Shown one piece after another: positions 48,254 to 61,515 of a DNA stretch of 64,000 nt (its first letter is position 1; every line of letters begins with the position of its first letter). The notes below the pieces were generated by a model that saw only the letters and a program-made list of their open reading frames with translations, did not search any database and had not been told where the DNA came from. The DNA lies in contig CM119268.1 in NCBI GenBank assembly GCA_051294375.1, forward strand, positions 11,257,710 to 11,321,709, written 5' to 3'. The DNA is from Paraspadella gotoi (lineage: Eukaryota > Animalia > Chaetognatha). Position numbers and translations under genes: made by a program.

Positions 48254-49646
48254 ATGTTCCCGTCCGCGTATGTTTTCGTTACGACCTCATTAGAACTCTT
48301 CTATTTAACCTATAAATTCAACATCGCTTTATCGACAATCAACAATTACCGAATTATATTCGCGATTATAGCCCCGGTAATTATGGCATTGCGAGGAGTC
48401 AGGAAAAAAAGCTTAGGTAAGTAGAGCCAAAGGGGTTTTGTTTCTTCTAAAAAGTAAATTACAAAGCGATTTATGCATATGTCATATTAAAAAAAATCCT
48501 CTATATTTCTCTGGTGTCCAAAACATTGAAATCTCTTCCCATATCCTCAGATTGGTCGGGATGCTTGTCTGGCATCGCTGTCGGATTTTTTCTAACCCTA
48601 CCCAACTTGGCATTCTTTTCCTGTCTTTTTACCACTTTTGTCCTTGGTACCAAAGCAACAAAGTTTCGGTCCTCCTTAAAAAAAGCTTTTGAAGCGAACT
48701 ACAAGGAAGGGGGGCAGAGAAACTGGGAGCAGATCTTGAGCAACGTTGCTGTTCCCGCGCAACTTGCTCTGTTGTATCTTAACACTCACGGCCCTGGAGA
48801 ACTGGCAATAGATTTCAGAAACGGTACTTCGTTAGATCGATGTTATCACTTATTTTTATCATTTTATCCTTCAAATTTACATCGTTTTTCATTTCCTATC
48901 AGATAAGATTATCAGAAGCTCATTTCTGGCTATGGCGGTTGTCGCCTCGCTCTCCTGCTGTTTTGGGGATACCCTGGCGTCCGAACTCGGCTCCGTTTTC
49001 GGCGGGGAATGTCCGAGGTACATGTTATTGTCAATTGATAAATAATTATTATGGTTTGGTTCGCTTTGCGACTCCCGTTTTTTCGCAGTTGACTTGATAT
49101 TGTTTTCAGATTAATAACAACTTTGCAAAAAGTGCCTCGTGGCACAAATGGAGCCGTTTCTTTCCACGGTACTTGCTACAGGTATCTTCATTATCTGTGC
49201 GTACCATATTGCGGTCGGGCCTCCTATTTTTATCAAATTTACTTTCGTCAGTTTCTTGGGAGGCTTGTTGATTGGTCTCTCTTACGCCCTCACCGTCTCC
49301 TGCTGCTTATTCTCATTCTCCATCTTTTCCTTCGCGCAAACCGTTTTCGGCGCTGGATTGGCCGGGCTTTTCGGATCTTTTCTGGGTGAGTTTATTTAGT
49401 ATCCATCTTCCATCCTCCAAAACCCTCTTTATATAAAATTTGAATTCTTTAGATTCTCTCCTGGGAGCGCGGTTGCAATATTCCGGTCTCAGCGAAAATT
49501 CTGGGCAAATAGTGGAACATCCGGGTCCGGAAGTAAAACATCTGAGTGGAATAGATGTGCTCTCCAATCATTCTGTGAACCTCATTTCTTCTGTTTTAAC
49601 TGCAGCCGCTGTTCCATCATTAATGTACGTGTTGTTTAAGCCTTGA
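48254..49646 (+). CDS. TMEM19: Transmembrane protein 19 (DUF92), ~6 exons
   Basis: RKKSL|DWSG, ATKFRSSLKK...KEGGQRNWEQILSN, GDTLASELG, KVPRGTNGAVS, DSLLGARLQYSG and LSNHSVNLISS. Confidence 0.92.
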
Positions 49647-51052
49647 AAAGGGGGTTGGAACCAGTTACCAGTATTGATGTACATTTAGGTAATCGTTCTG
49701 TTAGTCTCTGGCTTCTCGCGTTTTATTCGAATATTATATCATTTATGTGCCGTTTCTCATCAGTTATCTATTTTAACTTTTTATGGCTCTCTTGTTGTCT
49801 CTGCTCTTGCTTTACTTATATACTACTTTTTGGTGCTTATAACCTTTCAATCTCATTAATCGCCCAACAGTGTGATTCTGATACAACTTTGACAAAAAAT
49901 AAATGACTATGCCTACATACTTTCATTGTTTTTAAATTTCTGTCTTTTGTTTTTGTAAAAGATTAAGGTGATTAGAAATTCTCTGTTTAACAGAAGCTGG
50001 GTAGAATATTTCTTCCAGTTGCCTTCGCTTCTCAAGGGGAACATTTCGCTTGATTTCTATGATTTATCTCTCCTTCAGAAGCCTTGGGAGCCTTCGGAGA
50101 TAGTGCCAGCAAACCTCTTTTCCACCCTTTCTGTGATCTCCTAGTTTGTGGGAAGACGCGAACCGTGACGTTGAGACCCAGAAGAAAAAAGGTCCCGACC
50201 CTTTTTGCCCAAATATTTCCATATTGTTGCTCTGTGCCATGCTCCCTGTCAGTAGCCGTTATCTTTTAAGGCGTATGCGGTATGCCGTATGGGTGTGACT
50301 GGTCCCTTTCTACCTAAATCTAAAAGAAAAGAATACCTAGTACCTAATGCTAGTGAATATTGAAAGTGTTTAAACGCTACAAAGAGCTTTTTTAGTTATA
50401 ATAATATTGTTAAAATTGAACTAGAACAACTTTGACAAAAAACAAGTTTGAAAGCTTTTTAGTTTGGTTATGATAACGGAGAGGGATATTTTTTTTGCTG
50501 AGTTTGCATCGACGCCTGAGAGGACGCTTTGATTCTGTCGGATTGCTGAAGATGGTGGTGTGGTGGTGGTGACCGAGAGAAAAGGAGGAAAACAAGTTCT
50601 CCTCCCCCTCGTTCAAAACTTTTGTTTCTGTTCTGACGGGAAGTTTTCAATTTTCAGTCGCATGACAAGGCACGTACGAAGTCTGTTTTGAGTGGAGCAA
50701 CCACCGTCATTTTTCAAAAAAAAAAAAACTTGCGTCTTCAGAACTTTACTCTCGATATCATTTCCATGAAGAAATTAAGAATGTGAAAATCGAAAAAAAT
50801 TAAAATTAGTAAAATCATTTGAGAGCTACAGTACATAGGACCTTTTTTCTATTGTTTGTTTGTTGATGATAATTGTTTTGAATCAACCTTGTTGTATTCG
50901 AATAAAATCGCATATATATGAAATTGGTACAACCAATATAAAAATATATATAATAATAATTATAAGTTATATATATATATAACTTTAACCTTGCTCTCCT
51001 CTCTCTCTTTCTCTTTAACTCATAAAAAATTGTTCTAATTCACAAATGCCAA

Positions 51053-51095
51053 GCGCTGAAGAAGGCTCGAATTTTGTGAGCCGAAACATGTCTGC
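51053..51095 (+). ncRNA. Minimal type I hammerhead ribozyme (Penelope-type)
   Basis: GCG CUGAAGA A GGCUC-gaauuuugu-GAGCC GAAA CAU GUC^UGC: intact core, perfect 5-bp stem II, self-complementary ACAUGU stem III, downstream AATAAA. Confidence 0.78.
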
Positions 51096-54000
51096 ATCTT
51101 ATTAAATAAAATAGTTGTACAAAATTAAAAACTTTGCTAATAATATTATTATAAAATAAAAAAAATTCAAAATAATTTTTTTGAAATTTTTATTATAGAT
51201 TCAGATTCCTCATAAAATGTTGGAGCAAAAATATAAAACATTATCAAAAATTTCGTTGTTTTCAATACCGAATTTGGAAAAATTCTTTACTTTATACTCT
51301 GGATTTATTATGAGATAATACTTTTTTCATTTTTCGTTGTTTTAATATTAAAATATGATATAATATATTTTATAAAAGTTTCTCATTTTTTTCCAAATTT
51401 GTTATTTAAGTTAAAAAAAATATTTTAAAATTTTATTAGTTTACAAGAATATTACTAGTTTATTACTACAAAGAAAATATTATACTAAAAAAAAATATTG
51501 TTAACTCGCTTAATCTTTTTATCACTCCACCCTAATATATAAAATATAGTCAAGATTTTCACGTTCAATTTTTTTCTTATTTCTTTATCTTTTTTTCCAG
51601 TGCAGAATAAACACAACCAACAATCAATTATTGATCGCGTTCTCGCCTCAGACAAAAAGTGACCAGCCTCACAAAACTAAAAGGGCGAGTCGAAAAAGAG
51701 AAAAACAGCTCCGAGATTCGGTGTGGATCTTGCGTGAGGAGGAATTTCGAGACAGCGCCTTCGGAAATCAAAGGATTTTTTTTTTCAGACTTTTTCGCTG
51801 GATTTTCACGCGTCTACGATCCGTGAATTCGAATCTTCCTTGTTTGACTTAGTATTTTTTCCCCTTGTTAATAGAAAAAAGAAAGGAGCTAAAGGATTGA
51901 ATGACTAGGAACATTTCCTCGATCTCAAGCGAGAAATATTGGCACTGGACTGCTTTTGGCTGAGACCGCGTCGTTTTATGCATAAAACGGAAAGTTTTAC
52001 CGCGCGCTTTTCAGGCTACTTTCTCGTTTCTTGGCAGGCCTTGCGTCAGGGAACCTGCCGAGAGGAAGGGGAAAACGGTTGAAACTTTAAATGGCAATTC
52101 ACTCCTTTGTCCCGTCAGAGAAAATTTCCTTGGATTGTGACCTTTCGTGATCAAAAACGGAATTAAATACTATTGGATTTAAACTGTGTAACTGTGTAAA
52201 TAAGGAAAGGAAAAGAATAAATGGATGAGGCTTTAAATGAGAAGCGAAAAAAGTACTTGCAGCTAGATCGGGAAAGGCACTAAAAAATATAAAGAATCTA
52301 AAACTAAAAGAGATAAGATTTTACGAGGGAAACATTCGATTCGTTAGATAGAGAGTGAGAGAAGAAGAGAATGATATGAGCAGACAGAGATACTGCGAGA
52401 ACGTGGAAACTCGAGAGCGGGACAAATGGAGTAGTTGAGATGGTTGAGACGAAAGAAATTCCTGGCTTCACAAAGTTCCAAACAAGTCCGGCACGGCGCA
52501 ACCGAAGCCCATTGTGTTCGAGTGTCAATGACTAATAGTCCCGAATAGAATAAAGCAATACACAATCTTGGTGCCACAACAACCGTTCTTTCTTCCAGTC
52601 GTCGTCGTCATCGATGATTTATTCCAAAGTATTTCTCCATTTCTTGTCCTCGAAGTCGTAAAGCGAGTCGGTTTCGCCGAAAGTCGATAGGAGCGAACGT
52701 GATGTAAATTGTAAGTCGTGTAATGTTTTTCGTCGGTGGAGATTTTTTCTTTGTCTTTACAGTTTACTATAGATTGTTTCGATTTAAACCTCAAGTATTC
52801 ATGGACTTTCCTCCCATCCGAAAACCTATGGCCACTGCCTCACTTCATTTGCCATTCTCAAAACAAAAGGCTCTAACCTGTCGAGCGTCGGGTCCATTGG
52901 GTGAAGAAAACAAAGGAATCCGTGATACTGGCTCTTGGCTGCTCCACTTTTGTACCTCCCGACCCCCTTCCCCATTTACGCGCACGACCACCATTTTTGA
53001 ATCTACTATTTCCATTACGTCTTTTTTTAAGTTTATCTTGTTCTTTCATATATTAAAAGTGAAAAGAATAGGAAAAGAAAGTTATAGGAGGAAAAGAATA
53101 AAGTTTTCAGATTTGAGGGAGGATGGCGCTCATGGACCGATCATTAGCGCAGACAGAGGAGAGAGGAACGAAAGGAAAGAAAGAAAGTCATCCGAATCCC
53201 GATAATTAATTCTGTAATCTTGTAGGCCTGATTTCCCGTACAATAGAATTTGAATTACGTATAAAAGACAAACGTTTAGAATTTATAAGCGTTATTTCCA
53301 AACAAATCTAATTTTCGGATCAATTTTTATTCCATCGCTTATGTTTCTTTCAAATAAAATAAACATAATTTAAACTTTATTGTCGTTTTGTGTTTGTTGT
53401 TTTTTGTTTGTTTTTATTTTTTTGTGCGGAGCGTGCGTCGTTTTTAATTCGTATTTCTCGAGTTTTAAATCCAGTGTGCAGTGGTACAACATACTCCTCT
53501 CGCTCTTTTATCTAATTACTCTCAATTTGCGTTTCTTAATGGAGCTCCTGTTCGGCATAACTGAGACGACTTCTGTGTCGTGGACATTGACGAAAGTAGT
53601 TGGCTCTGTAGCCCGGTCGCAGATTTTGGGAGGCGTTTGTCATCAATTTTATTGTCCCGTTGTCATTTTTAGTCGTTTCAATGATAAGAGATTACATAAA
53701 AGTAACAGGTACGAAGAAGATGGTAAATGATTGGAACAAGGAATTGTTGTTGTTAGATATTTTGTAACGGTGTGTACCATCGCACGTTCTTTCTCGGCTA
53801 TTCATGAATCATTTTTTTTGTGGCTTCGACAACGAAATCTCTCTTTTTATTATTTTCTCATTTTCTTTTTTTTATCTTGCTTGTTCCTTCTCTTTTTCTA
53901 CCCGAGTGGAGAACAAACCTATTGCAGGATGTCGAATAATTGCCAATAAAATATACAAAAGAAGAGAAGGAGAGGGAGAGGCTGACAGCAAACCCGGATG

Positions 54001-54238
54001 CATTATTTATAGTTTAGTCAATGAGAAACAATCGAATGCAGATTGAAACTTTGAAAGCTGTTATTTTCTGGTTGGAAATAGAACGGAGAAGACGACGCTT
54101 CCTTTTCGTTTTGCAGTCAACCGCAACGTCTTGCGAGAGCTTGAGCTTTAGCCTTAGCCTTAGGTAATTTTCTCCACATCTCTCTCACACTTTTTTTTTT
54201 CTTTCACATCCACTTTCATATCGCTCATTTTCTTATAA

Positions 54239-54963
54239 AACAAGTTTGAGCAAACAATGTCGGATCTACTCACGATCATTATCGGTAATTAATTAATAAT
54301 TATTTAATTAATTTAATTAATTTGATCCGAAATGTTTGTTTTGATTGATTAATTGACTGATTAATTAATTATTGATTAATTAATTGACTAATTGATTAAT
54401 TAACTGATTAATTATTTGATTAATTAATACATCTTGCATTTACATTTAAAATAAAATGAAAAAGAAGAATATTCAATTAGTGAAACAGGTTCTTTGAATT
54501 TTCCATTTAAACTCATTTCCACTCAAACGATTCTATCAAAACTTGATTTCCAGTTTAATCACACACTTACCCAAATACAAATTTCAAGTCAATCGCCCCA
54601 TCCACTCATGAGTAATTGATGTTCAAATAATGAAATATACTTTTTGGTTTTTTTCCATTTAAACTTGGACGATTTCCATCATATCCAGCTCAATAACACA
54701 CTTCCCTACCCACACACAAAATTTCATTCCAATCCATCCATCCAATCACGAGTAATTGGTGTTTTTTGCTAAGGTCGGTCGGACGGATGGAAGGACGGAC
54801 GGACAGACATACAGACGGACGGACATCGTTTTTTTTGGCATAATTTATCATAATTCGATGTTTTACATGATATAAGTGAATGCCCGACAAGATTGAGGGG
54901 GCGGACCGACGGACTGACAAATTGAATTATAGAGTCGGGATCTGCTGACAGCAGATCCGACTA
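54239..54963 (+). mobile_element. HINE/DINE-1-like element, family B, copy
   Basis: Same termini as 42998-43666; ggacggacagac microsatellite at ~54780-54824. A 5'-end fragment of this family also lies at ~859-910. Confidence 0.8.
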
Positions 54964-55585
54964 AAAATACCAACGTTCCGCTTTGGTTAAGACATTGTGA
55001 AAATCACATTACGTGATCTTAGACTAATGAATTCCAATAACAAAAGAGAAAAGGAATGAGCGCGGTCGTGATTGTCGCGTGACAGACTCTTGTACGGAGA
55101 GCGTGTGGTCAATTAAGGAAAAGAGGGTGAAAAGTTAGATTAAAGGAGTAAGAATAGTAGGGGGTAACGAAAGGCAAGACCTAGTGAGAGAAGTAATGCA
55201 AAGAAAGGAAGAAGAAAAAGGACAGACTAAGAGCGATGGTCGCTAATTGGATGAATCCCAACTCGATTTCCTCGAATCGCTGAATCGTGATTGGCTCGAT
55301 TGGGGTTTGACGATGGAGTCGGGAGATTGGAGTTGAGACCACATGGAAGGGAAGATTGTCGCGCAAGGAAATCGTGGAGGGACCAACGGAGGAGAATAAA
55401 TCTCATTATCTTACGTTTATGTATCTATTATATATAAAGACAAACTCAGTTACTGGGAAATTTGATCATAAGTAAATTTTAAATGAGTCTAACTGGACCA
55501 TTGATGAAGTAACTTCCTAGAATTTGTATTTTTCATAATAATAGTTGATAATTGATTCTGTCGTGCTTAACAGATGGAAAATGAT

Positions 55586-55669
55586 AAAACAGTAGATTTA
55601 ATAATTTATTCATGATGAAAAAGCACTGTACTTCGAAGTCAGAATAAATTATTAAATCTACTATGTTTT
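55586..55669 (+). repeat. Long hairpin enclosing a degenerate hammerhead core
   Basis: agtagatttaataatttattc pairs with gaataaattattaaatctact; between them aTGATGA...GAA GTC. Confidence 0.5.
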
Positions 55670-56548
55670 CTACTAGTCGTTATCGATACAGGAAGTGGTT
55701 TAATCTTTCTTTTTAATTAAGTATCCCTAGGGAAAAAAAATAGAGCGTGGAAAATTTCTAACCCAGAGCTGAGAACTTATAAGTCACGAAACCAGTTTAA
55801 AAGAAATTTTTTCACTTGAAAAATATTGTCTAGACGGGATTCATCTCTTAATCTTTTCGAGGAAGACATGAAAAAGGGTTCCGCTTACAAACGGCGCATT
55901 TAGCGAAAAAAACAACTCTTTCCTATATGTTAGTCTGTATACTCAATATTAATTTAATTTGTACCATAATACAAATTGGCCGAACTAGGGATTGGTTAAA
56001 ACATCATCATCCGATTCTAATTATAAAAAAGTACATTTTTTTGCGATATTTAAGAAAAAAATCATGTCCATTTTTGTCCATTTTCACTTTCGTCCTCGTT
56101 TGAATGCCAAGGAAAGTTGAGAAAAATTTTTTCCTTTGGAAATCCGTTCTTCCTTATCTTATTCACCTCTGAAATTGCTTAAATCATTTGAGTTTGCCTA
56201 TGAATTAATTAAAATTGACAAGCTAAAAAAATTTCATTTTCAGTTTTTAATCATAATTTGTTTAAACAAAAATTGTTCAAATTGGTTTAAATTTACAGAA
56301 AATAGCCTATTGAATAAGCTCTTTAAAACCTATAAATAATTAAAAACCTGCTTCGTTTAGCCACAAATAATTTTTAAAGACGGCATTTATTTGTGACTTT
56401 TTGTGACTTGCGTTATTTTTAATAAAAAGAATATTTCAAACTGATTATTAGTTTTAAAAGATAATATAACATACTGACGTTGATTAATCAAAAAAAAAAC
56501 CGCATCCTTTTAATCCAATGGAAAGCGTCAGGACTTGTTTTTTCTCAG

Positions 56549-56594
56549 AATCGACAGATTTTGCGGAAAATATTTTCCGCAAAATCTGTCGATT
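56549..56594. repeat. Perfect 46-bp palindrome
   Basis: aatcgacagattttgcggaaaat|attttccgcaaaatctgtcgatt. Confidence 0.9.
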
Positions 56595-59163
56595 TACTAA
56601 ATCGCTAGGCAACCAAACTTTGAATAAATCTTGCGCACCCAAAATTTTTTTACTAGTTAAATTTTAAACATTTTCATATAATTAACATAAAAATATATAA
56701 GTGACCGGAGAAAAAGAGAAGAGGAGGGAAAGACAATGTGTGTGAAAAAGGAAGCTGATAGAGGGGGAGGGAGCGGATTGGAAGTATAAAAATGAGTAAG
56801 AGGAGATGTGAGAACAAGAAAGGAGAGAAAAGAAGAGATAGTAGGAAAAGAGAGACAGAATCGGAGAAAGAAGAAGAAAAGCTGAGATAAAGAAAGAAAT
56901 AGTAAAGGAAAAAGAGACAAAAGAGAGGAAGAGAGAGGAAAGAGAAGAGAGGAGGATTAAAGGAAAGAAAGAGTGACAGAAAAGAAGGAAGAAAGAAGGA
57001 AAAAGAAAAAGAGAGTGTAAGAAACAAAAAGATTATGTGTCATCTTTTTCCTGAAGAGTCCTGTGAACCTAAATGACGTTAAAATTCTTATGAGCTATTT
57101 CATCGTTAAAAGTTGTTCTTACCATGAAAAATTGCCTGTACTTTTTTCTTAAATTAAGCAGATAACGAGATTTGATTGTTTGTCGCGAAAGAAATCATGT
57201 CTTACCGTATTTTGAAGGCATAGAAATTCACCTAGTGTGCTCTACCTTACAAGTAAAAGATAACTATAGCCAACCGTTTTTTTAACTGAAGAATGTCCTA
57301 TATTTATCAGCGAGATGAAAATAAATGACAATTATTCCAATTTCAAAATCATTGTCTAAAATACCCGAAGCGGGAGTAGAGCCAAAGGAAAGCCTCGAAA
57401 TTATACCGTGATCCGGTTTCATACATTTTTACACTAAATTTTTTATTTTTTTATTTTTCGAAGGACATTCAAGCCGTACATTCCTTATCGCGCCATTTAT
57501 TTATCATTTTTTTAAATTTGTATATATATTTTCATTATTTATTTCTTCTGCTTACCTTCCCCGCTCATTCGCCGTTCCCTCGGGTTAATAATATTCCCGG
57601 TAAGGTTTTGATTTATTCGTCGTTGGGTCTCGGGGTGTTTACTGCGCGGCCACCGCCGGCCGTTTGGGTTGGGGGCGGTTCCGCCCACTCGGACCGGAAG
57701 GGAATGAGGTCGAAAGTCTAAAAAAGGGCCCAAGGATGTTTTTGATTCGGGAGACACCGGTCTCGGCCGACGACGCCGCGCCTTTTTATGCTCGGTGGTC
57801 ATAGGGGTCAGGTGGTCGGACCGTAGAGGGCAGGGTTAGGGGTTGCAGGCGTGAGCGCAATATTGAACGATGACTATTACTTATTACAGATGTTCATGAG
57901 ACAGTTCATTTTTTTTTAATCTTGTCTACATTGGGTTTAGTTAATTTTTTTTTTATCGAAGTGGTACATAATAAATAAATATTTCTACAATACAATTTAG
58001 AAAGAATCCGGAATAACATAAAAGGAAGCTTGGTTAAATAATAAATTTGAAGTTTACTCTTTTGTACTACAACGATTTTTATTCAAAAACACTTTTTAAA
58101 ACACCAAAACACAACGAAACGAAAGGAATACCACATTATGAAGTTTACTCTTTACATTTTACTCGCGTTTCCTCGAGCTAGTAATAAAATAGCCAAATTC
58201 AGCGAGTGTTTCCCAAAACAAGAAGGAAATGGGTGTTAAGGGTGGCGCTTTCGATTTAAACGTTTACCGACAGTTTCGTCACCTGAAAACCCACAAAAGA
58301 TTAAAATCCCTCGTGAGAAAAAGAAATTCAAGATGAGTCTGTCGTTAATTTGATAATGATCCTGCTGGTTTTTTACAACAAAAAATTTTCTCTGGAAAAT
58401 TTTTTTAAATACTTGCGGTTTGCTGAATAATTCTTTTCTTTTTTTTTTATTTCAGTATGAAACTAAAATTGCTATTTAAGTTAAAGTTTTGAGCAAATAT
58501 AAACATTCATTCAAATATTTGATTTTAGTAAAAAAATTATAGATTTGATTTCTCTTTATTCTCTTTTTTCTCTTTTTTTCTCTTTTTTTCTTTTTCATTC
58601 ATTGAGTTTTGAAAGAAAAGGTTTTTTCTTTGAAGAAAACAAAAATTTCCGCGCATCGAATTCAAAGCGACAAAGCAGCAATATATATTAATATATAATG
58701 CTATATATAATAATAATGTATATATATAATATCATATATTATACATTACATATTAATCTCTCGTGTAAGCTTGACAATTTTCATCCAGCAATAACCACAA
58801 TAAATATATTTCGACGTTTTTTAAACTTTTTCCTTGATCGGCAGCTTTTAGAAAATATAAAAACTCACGTTATCCTTTCTAATCTTCTGTAATTTGGTTC
58901 AAATATTATTCAAACGTCCGACGTTCGAAGACAGCTTTTGTCCATATAACCGACAATTCTGCCATCTCCTTCTAAACCCATAAAGGTATTCCGCAATTGA
59001 ATTTGAAGAGTGGATGTTGGAGTAGCTCAAGGATGAGAAGATGCGACGATGGTAGATTCGGAATCTTGATTCTGTCCGTTTTGGCATCTATTGTCTTCCG
59101 CTGAAATTCATATTCTTTTGAGCGGATTCTAGCTGTCAGAGACGCATTAGGAATTCCAACAGG

Positions 59164-59165
<2 letters not shown>

Positions 59166-59225
<60 letters not shown>

Positions 59226-59694
59226 AGTTCCTGTCATCAATTCCGTTTAAGCCCGGTTTTATCTCTTGACTATCCCTTGAAATTTTATTATTTCAGGTTA
59301 ATATTCGCTATAAAAGTTTTCCATTTGGTTTTATTCGTATTTTATGTTTTTTTACTTCTTTGCATTTTAATTGATTTGGCTCCACTTGTGAATATTTAAG
59401 ATATCAAATTTAAGGGACTGCAAGCGCCGCCTTCAGGAAATCCTTAAACTATAAAGAACAAGAGGCCTAATTCCTATGCAGTGTGTCTTATAAATACATG
59501 TAGTCAATGACTACTAGTCATGTCATGGCACGTCATGTTATGTTATGTCACATCATGTCATGGGACGAGAAATACACGTGATAAGGCAGTCACTGCGGCG
59601 CAACACATTTGAATTACCGTTCTTGTTTTCGTAATTTCTCTCTTTCCTTAAATCCTTTTTTTCTTTCTTTCTTTCTTTCCTTAAATCCTTTTTT

Positions 59695-59770
<76 letters not shown>

Positions 59771-59891
59771 TTTCATTGCTTCTAATAGAAAAAAAATTTT
59801 CTAGTTTAACGAGTTTTTTTGTATTTTGAAGTCAGTTTTAAGTTGAAACGAAACCGAAAATCTCTCTCTCTCTTTTCTTTCTCTCCTCTCT

Positions 59892-59953
<62 letters not shown>

Positions 59954-59960
59954 CCCTCTC
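59166..59960. repeat. Microsatellite cluster: (CT)n 59166-59223, (TTTC)n ~59697-59771, (CT)n ~59861-59960
   Basis: Directly visible tandem repeats. Confidence 0.95.
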
Positions 59961-61360
59961 TGTCCTTCTCATGATTTTTCACATTCTTCATCGTCTGGAG
60001 TTCTTTCAACGTCACGGTTCGAAAAGTCCACACAAAAAAGCCAACAAATAATTAAATAAAAAAATTGAATGAAAGAAAAGAAGGCAAAAGTGGCGTTGGA
60101 GTCGGAATCTTGACACATTTTCGAGTTTAAAGCGTGAGCCCTCTCGCCCCCTTTCCCGTTCACCCGGATGTTGCCGGCTTTATTATACAAAAATCGGCTG
60201 TAGCTCTCGCCACGACCTCTGACGTCAACGCCCGAGGGTTGATTCTCTCGGGCCTTTCTCGACCACGAAGGATTGATGGCGTGAGGGAGAACGAGTGACG
60301 CCGAAAGAGTTAGTTGGAGAGCGACTGAGAGTGAAAGAGAGAGAGAGAAAGAAAGAGCACAAAGCCCTGTTTGTCAAATCTTTTATTGAAAAAACTCATT
60401 TCTCATTATTTTAAAAAATATACCTAATTTTCCACCTCACAAAAATTGCCTTAAAAACTTGAAGCGCAGGAAAAAACAACGCAATTCCAATATCAACGTG
60501 ATTCCACGTCCCGTTGCGTTGATACCGAAAAAAAATCGTGTTCATTCTCGATTCCATCGCTTCTTCCTCCCTCCCTCTTCCTTTCCTCCACTCAAAAGCC
60601 TTACCCGCTCCTCATCCTCTCTCCCCCTCCTCCTCTTCTTCTCTTTGCCTCATCCTGTGAGTCAGAGAACTGAAACAGCTCTTCTTCTTCTTTCTCAATT
60701 TCCTTTCACGTTTGATTCTGCATTGACATTTCCGTCTCTCTCTCTCACTCTCCTCCACGCTCACGCGCGCGCGCCTTTGCACTTTTCCGATCTTCCATCT
60801 ATCTCTCCTCTCCTCTCTGAGTCGCAAATTCGCTCGACTGTTTCTGTCTCTCTCTCTCTTTCTCCCTGACTCTCGTTCTATATATATCTTCCATCCTGCA
60901 AGTCTTGCTACCCAACTGACCTTCGATTTTTCAATTAAGGAAAGAATTTTTACCAAAAAAAAAGAGAGAAGAAAAAAGACCGAAAAATTCGCCTCGCGGG
61001 TCGAAAATTGTGGTTTTCATCGCCAGCAGAAAAAAAAAAAAAAAAAACTTTCGGTGATAAACAAAAACACGGATCTTCGACTAGAAACGAAATTGTTTTT
61101 TTTTTTCTGAACTGAAATCGTTCGGTTCTCGTTTCGCTAAAAAAAAAAAATTTATAAAAAAAAATTTATAAAAGGAATATTTAAAACTGGAAAAAGTTTA
61201 AATCGGCGTCGGCGCTCTTCTCATCGGTCAATTCTCCCTTTCTTCAAACTTGCTGTAATCAAACCTCCCCATCTTCGTGCATCACTCGCCTTCCCTTCTT
61301 CCCCTCCACCTCCATCTTCCGTTCCCATTTCCCCACCCCCCCCTGCGATGCGTGATCCTC

Positions 61361-61515
61361 ATGGCTGACCCTTGGACGACTGAGCGCCGGGACAAGACGA
61401 ACCATGGAGTCGGCGGCGGCGTCGACGGCGGTGGCGACGGCGGTGGCGACGGTATCGACCCGGAGGCATTCGTCCAAACTGATCAACGCGGAGTTGCGGA
61501 AGAGCCTGATCAAAG
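61361..61515 (+). CDS. Possible first coding exon of an unidentified gene (MADPWTTERRDKTNHG...EEPDQ)
   Basis: GC-rich ORF starting ATGG and ending at a strong donor AAG|GTGAGG. Upstream are CT-rich leader-like sequence and a TGACGTCA (CRE) site at 60220-60227. No recognisable domain. Confidence 0.3.

Noticed and set aside
52304-53205. Several short ORFs (also 58899-59087)
   Set aside because: No recognisable motifs or consistent splice structure in any frame I translated.
56657-57027. Phe/Leu/Ser-rich 'membrane protein' ORFs
   Set aside because: Translation of a low-complexity purine tract.
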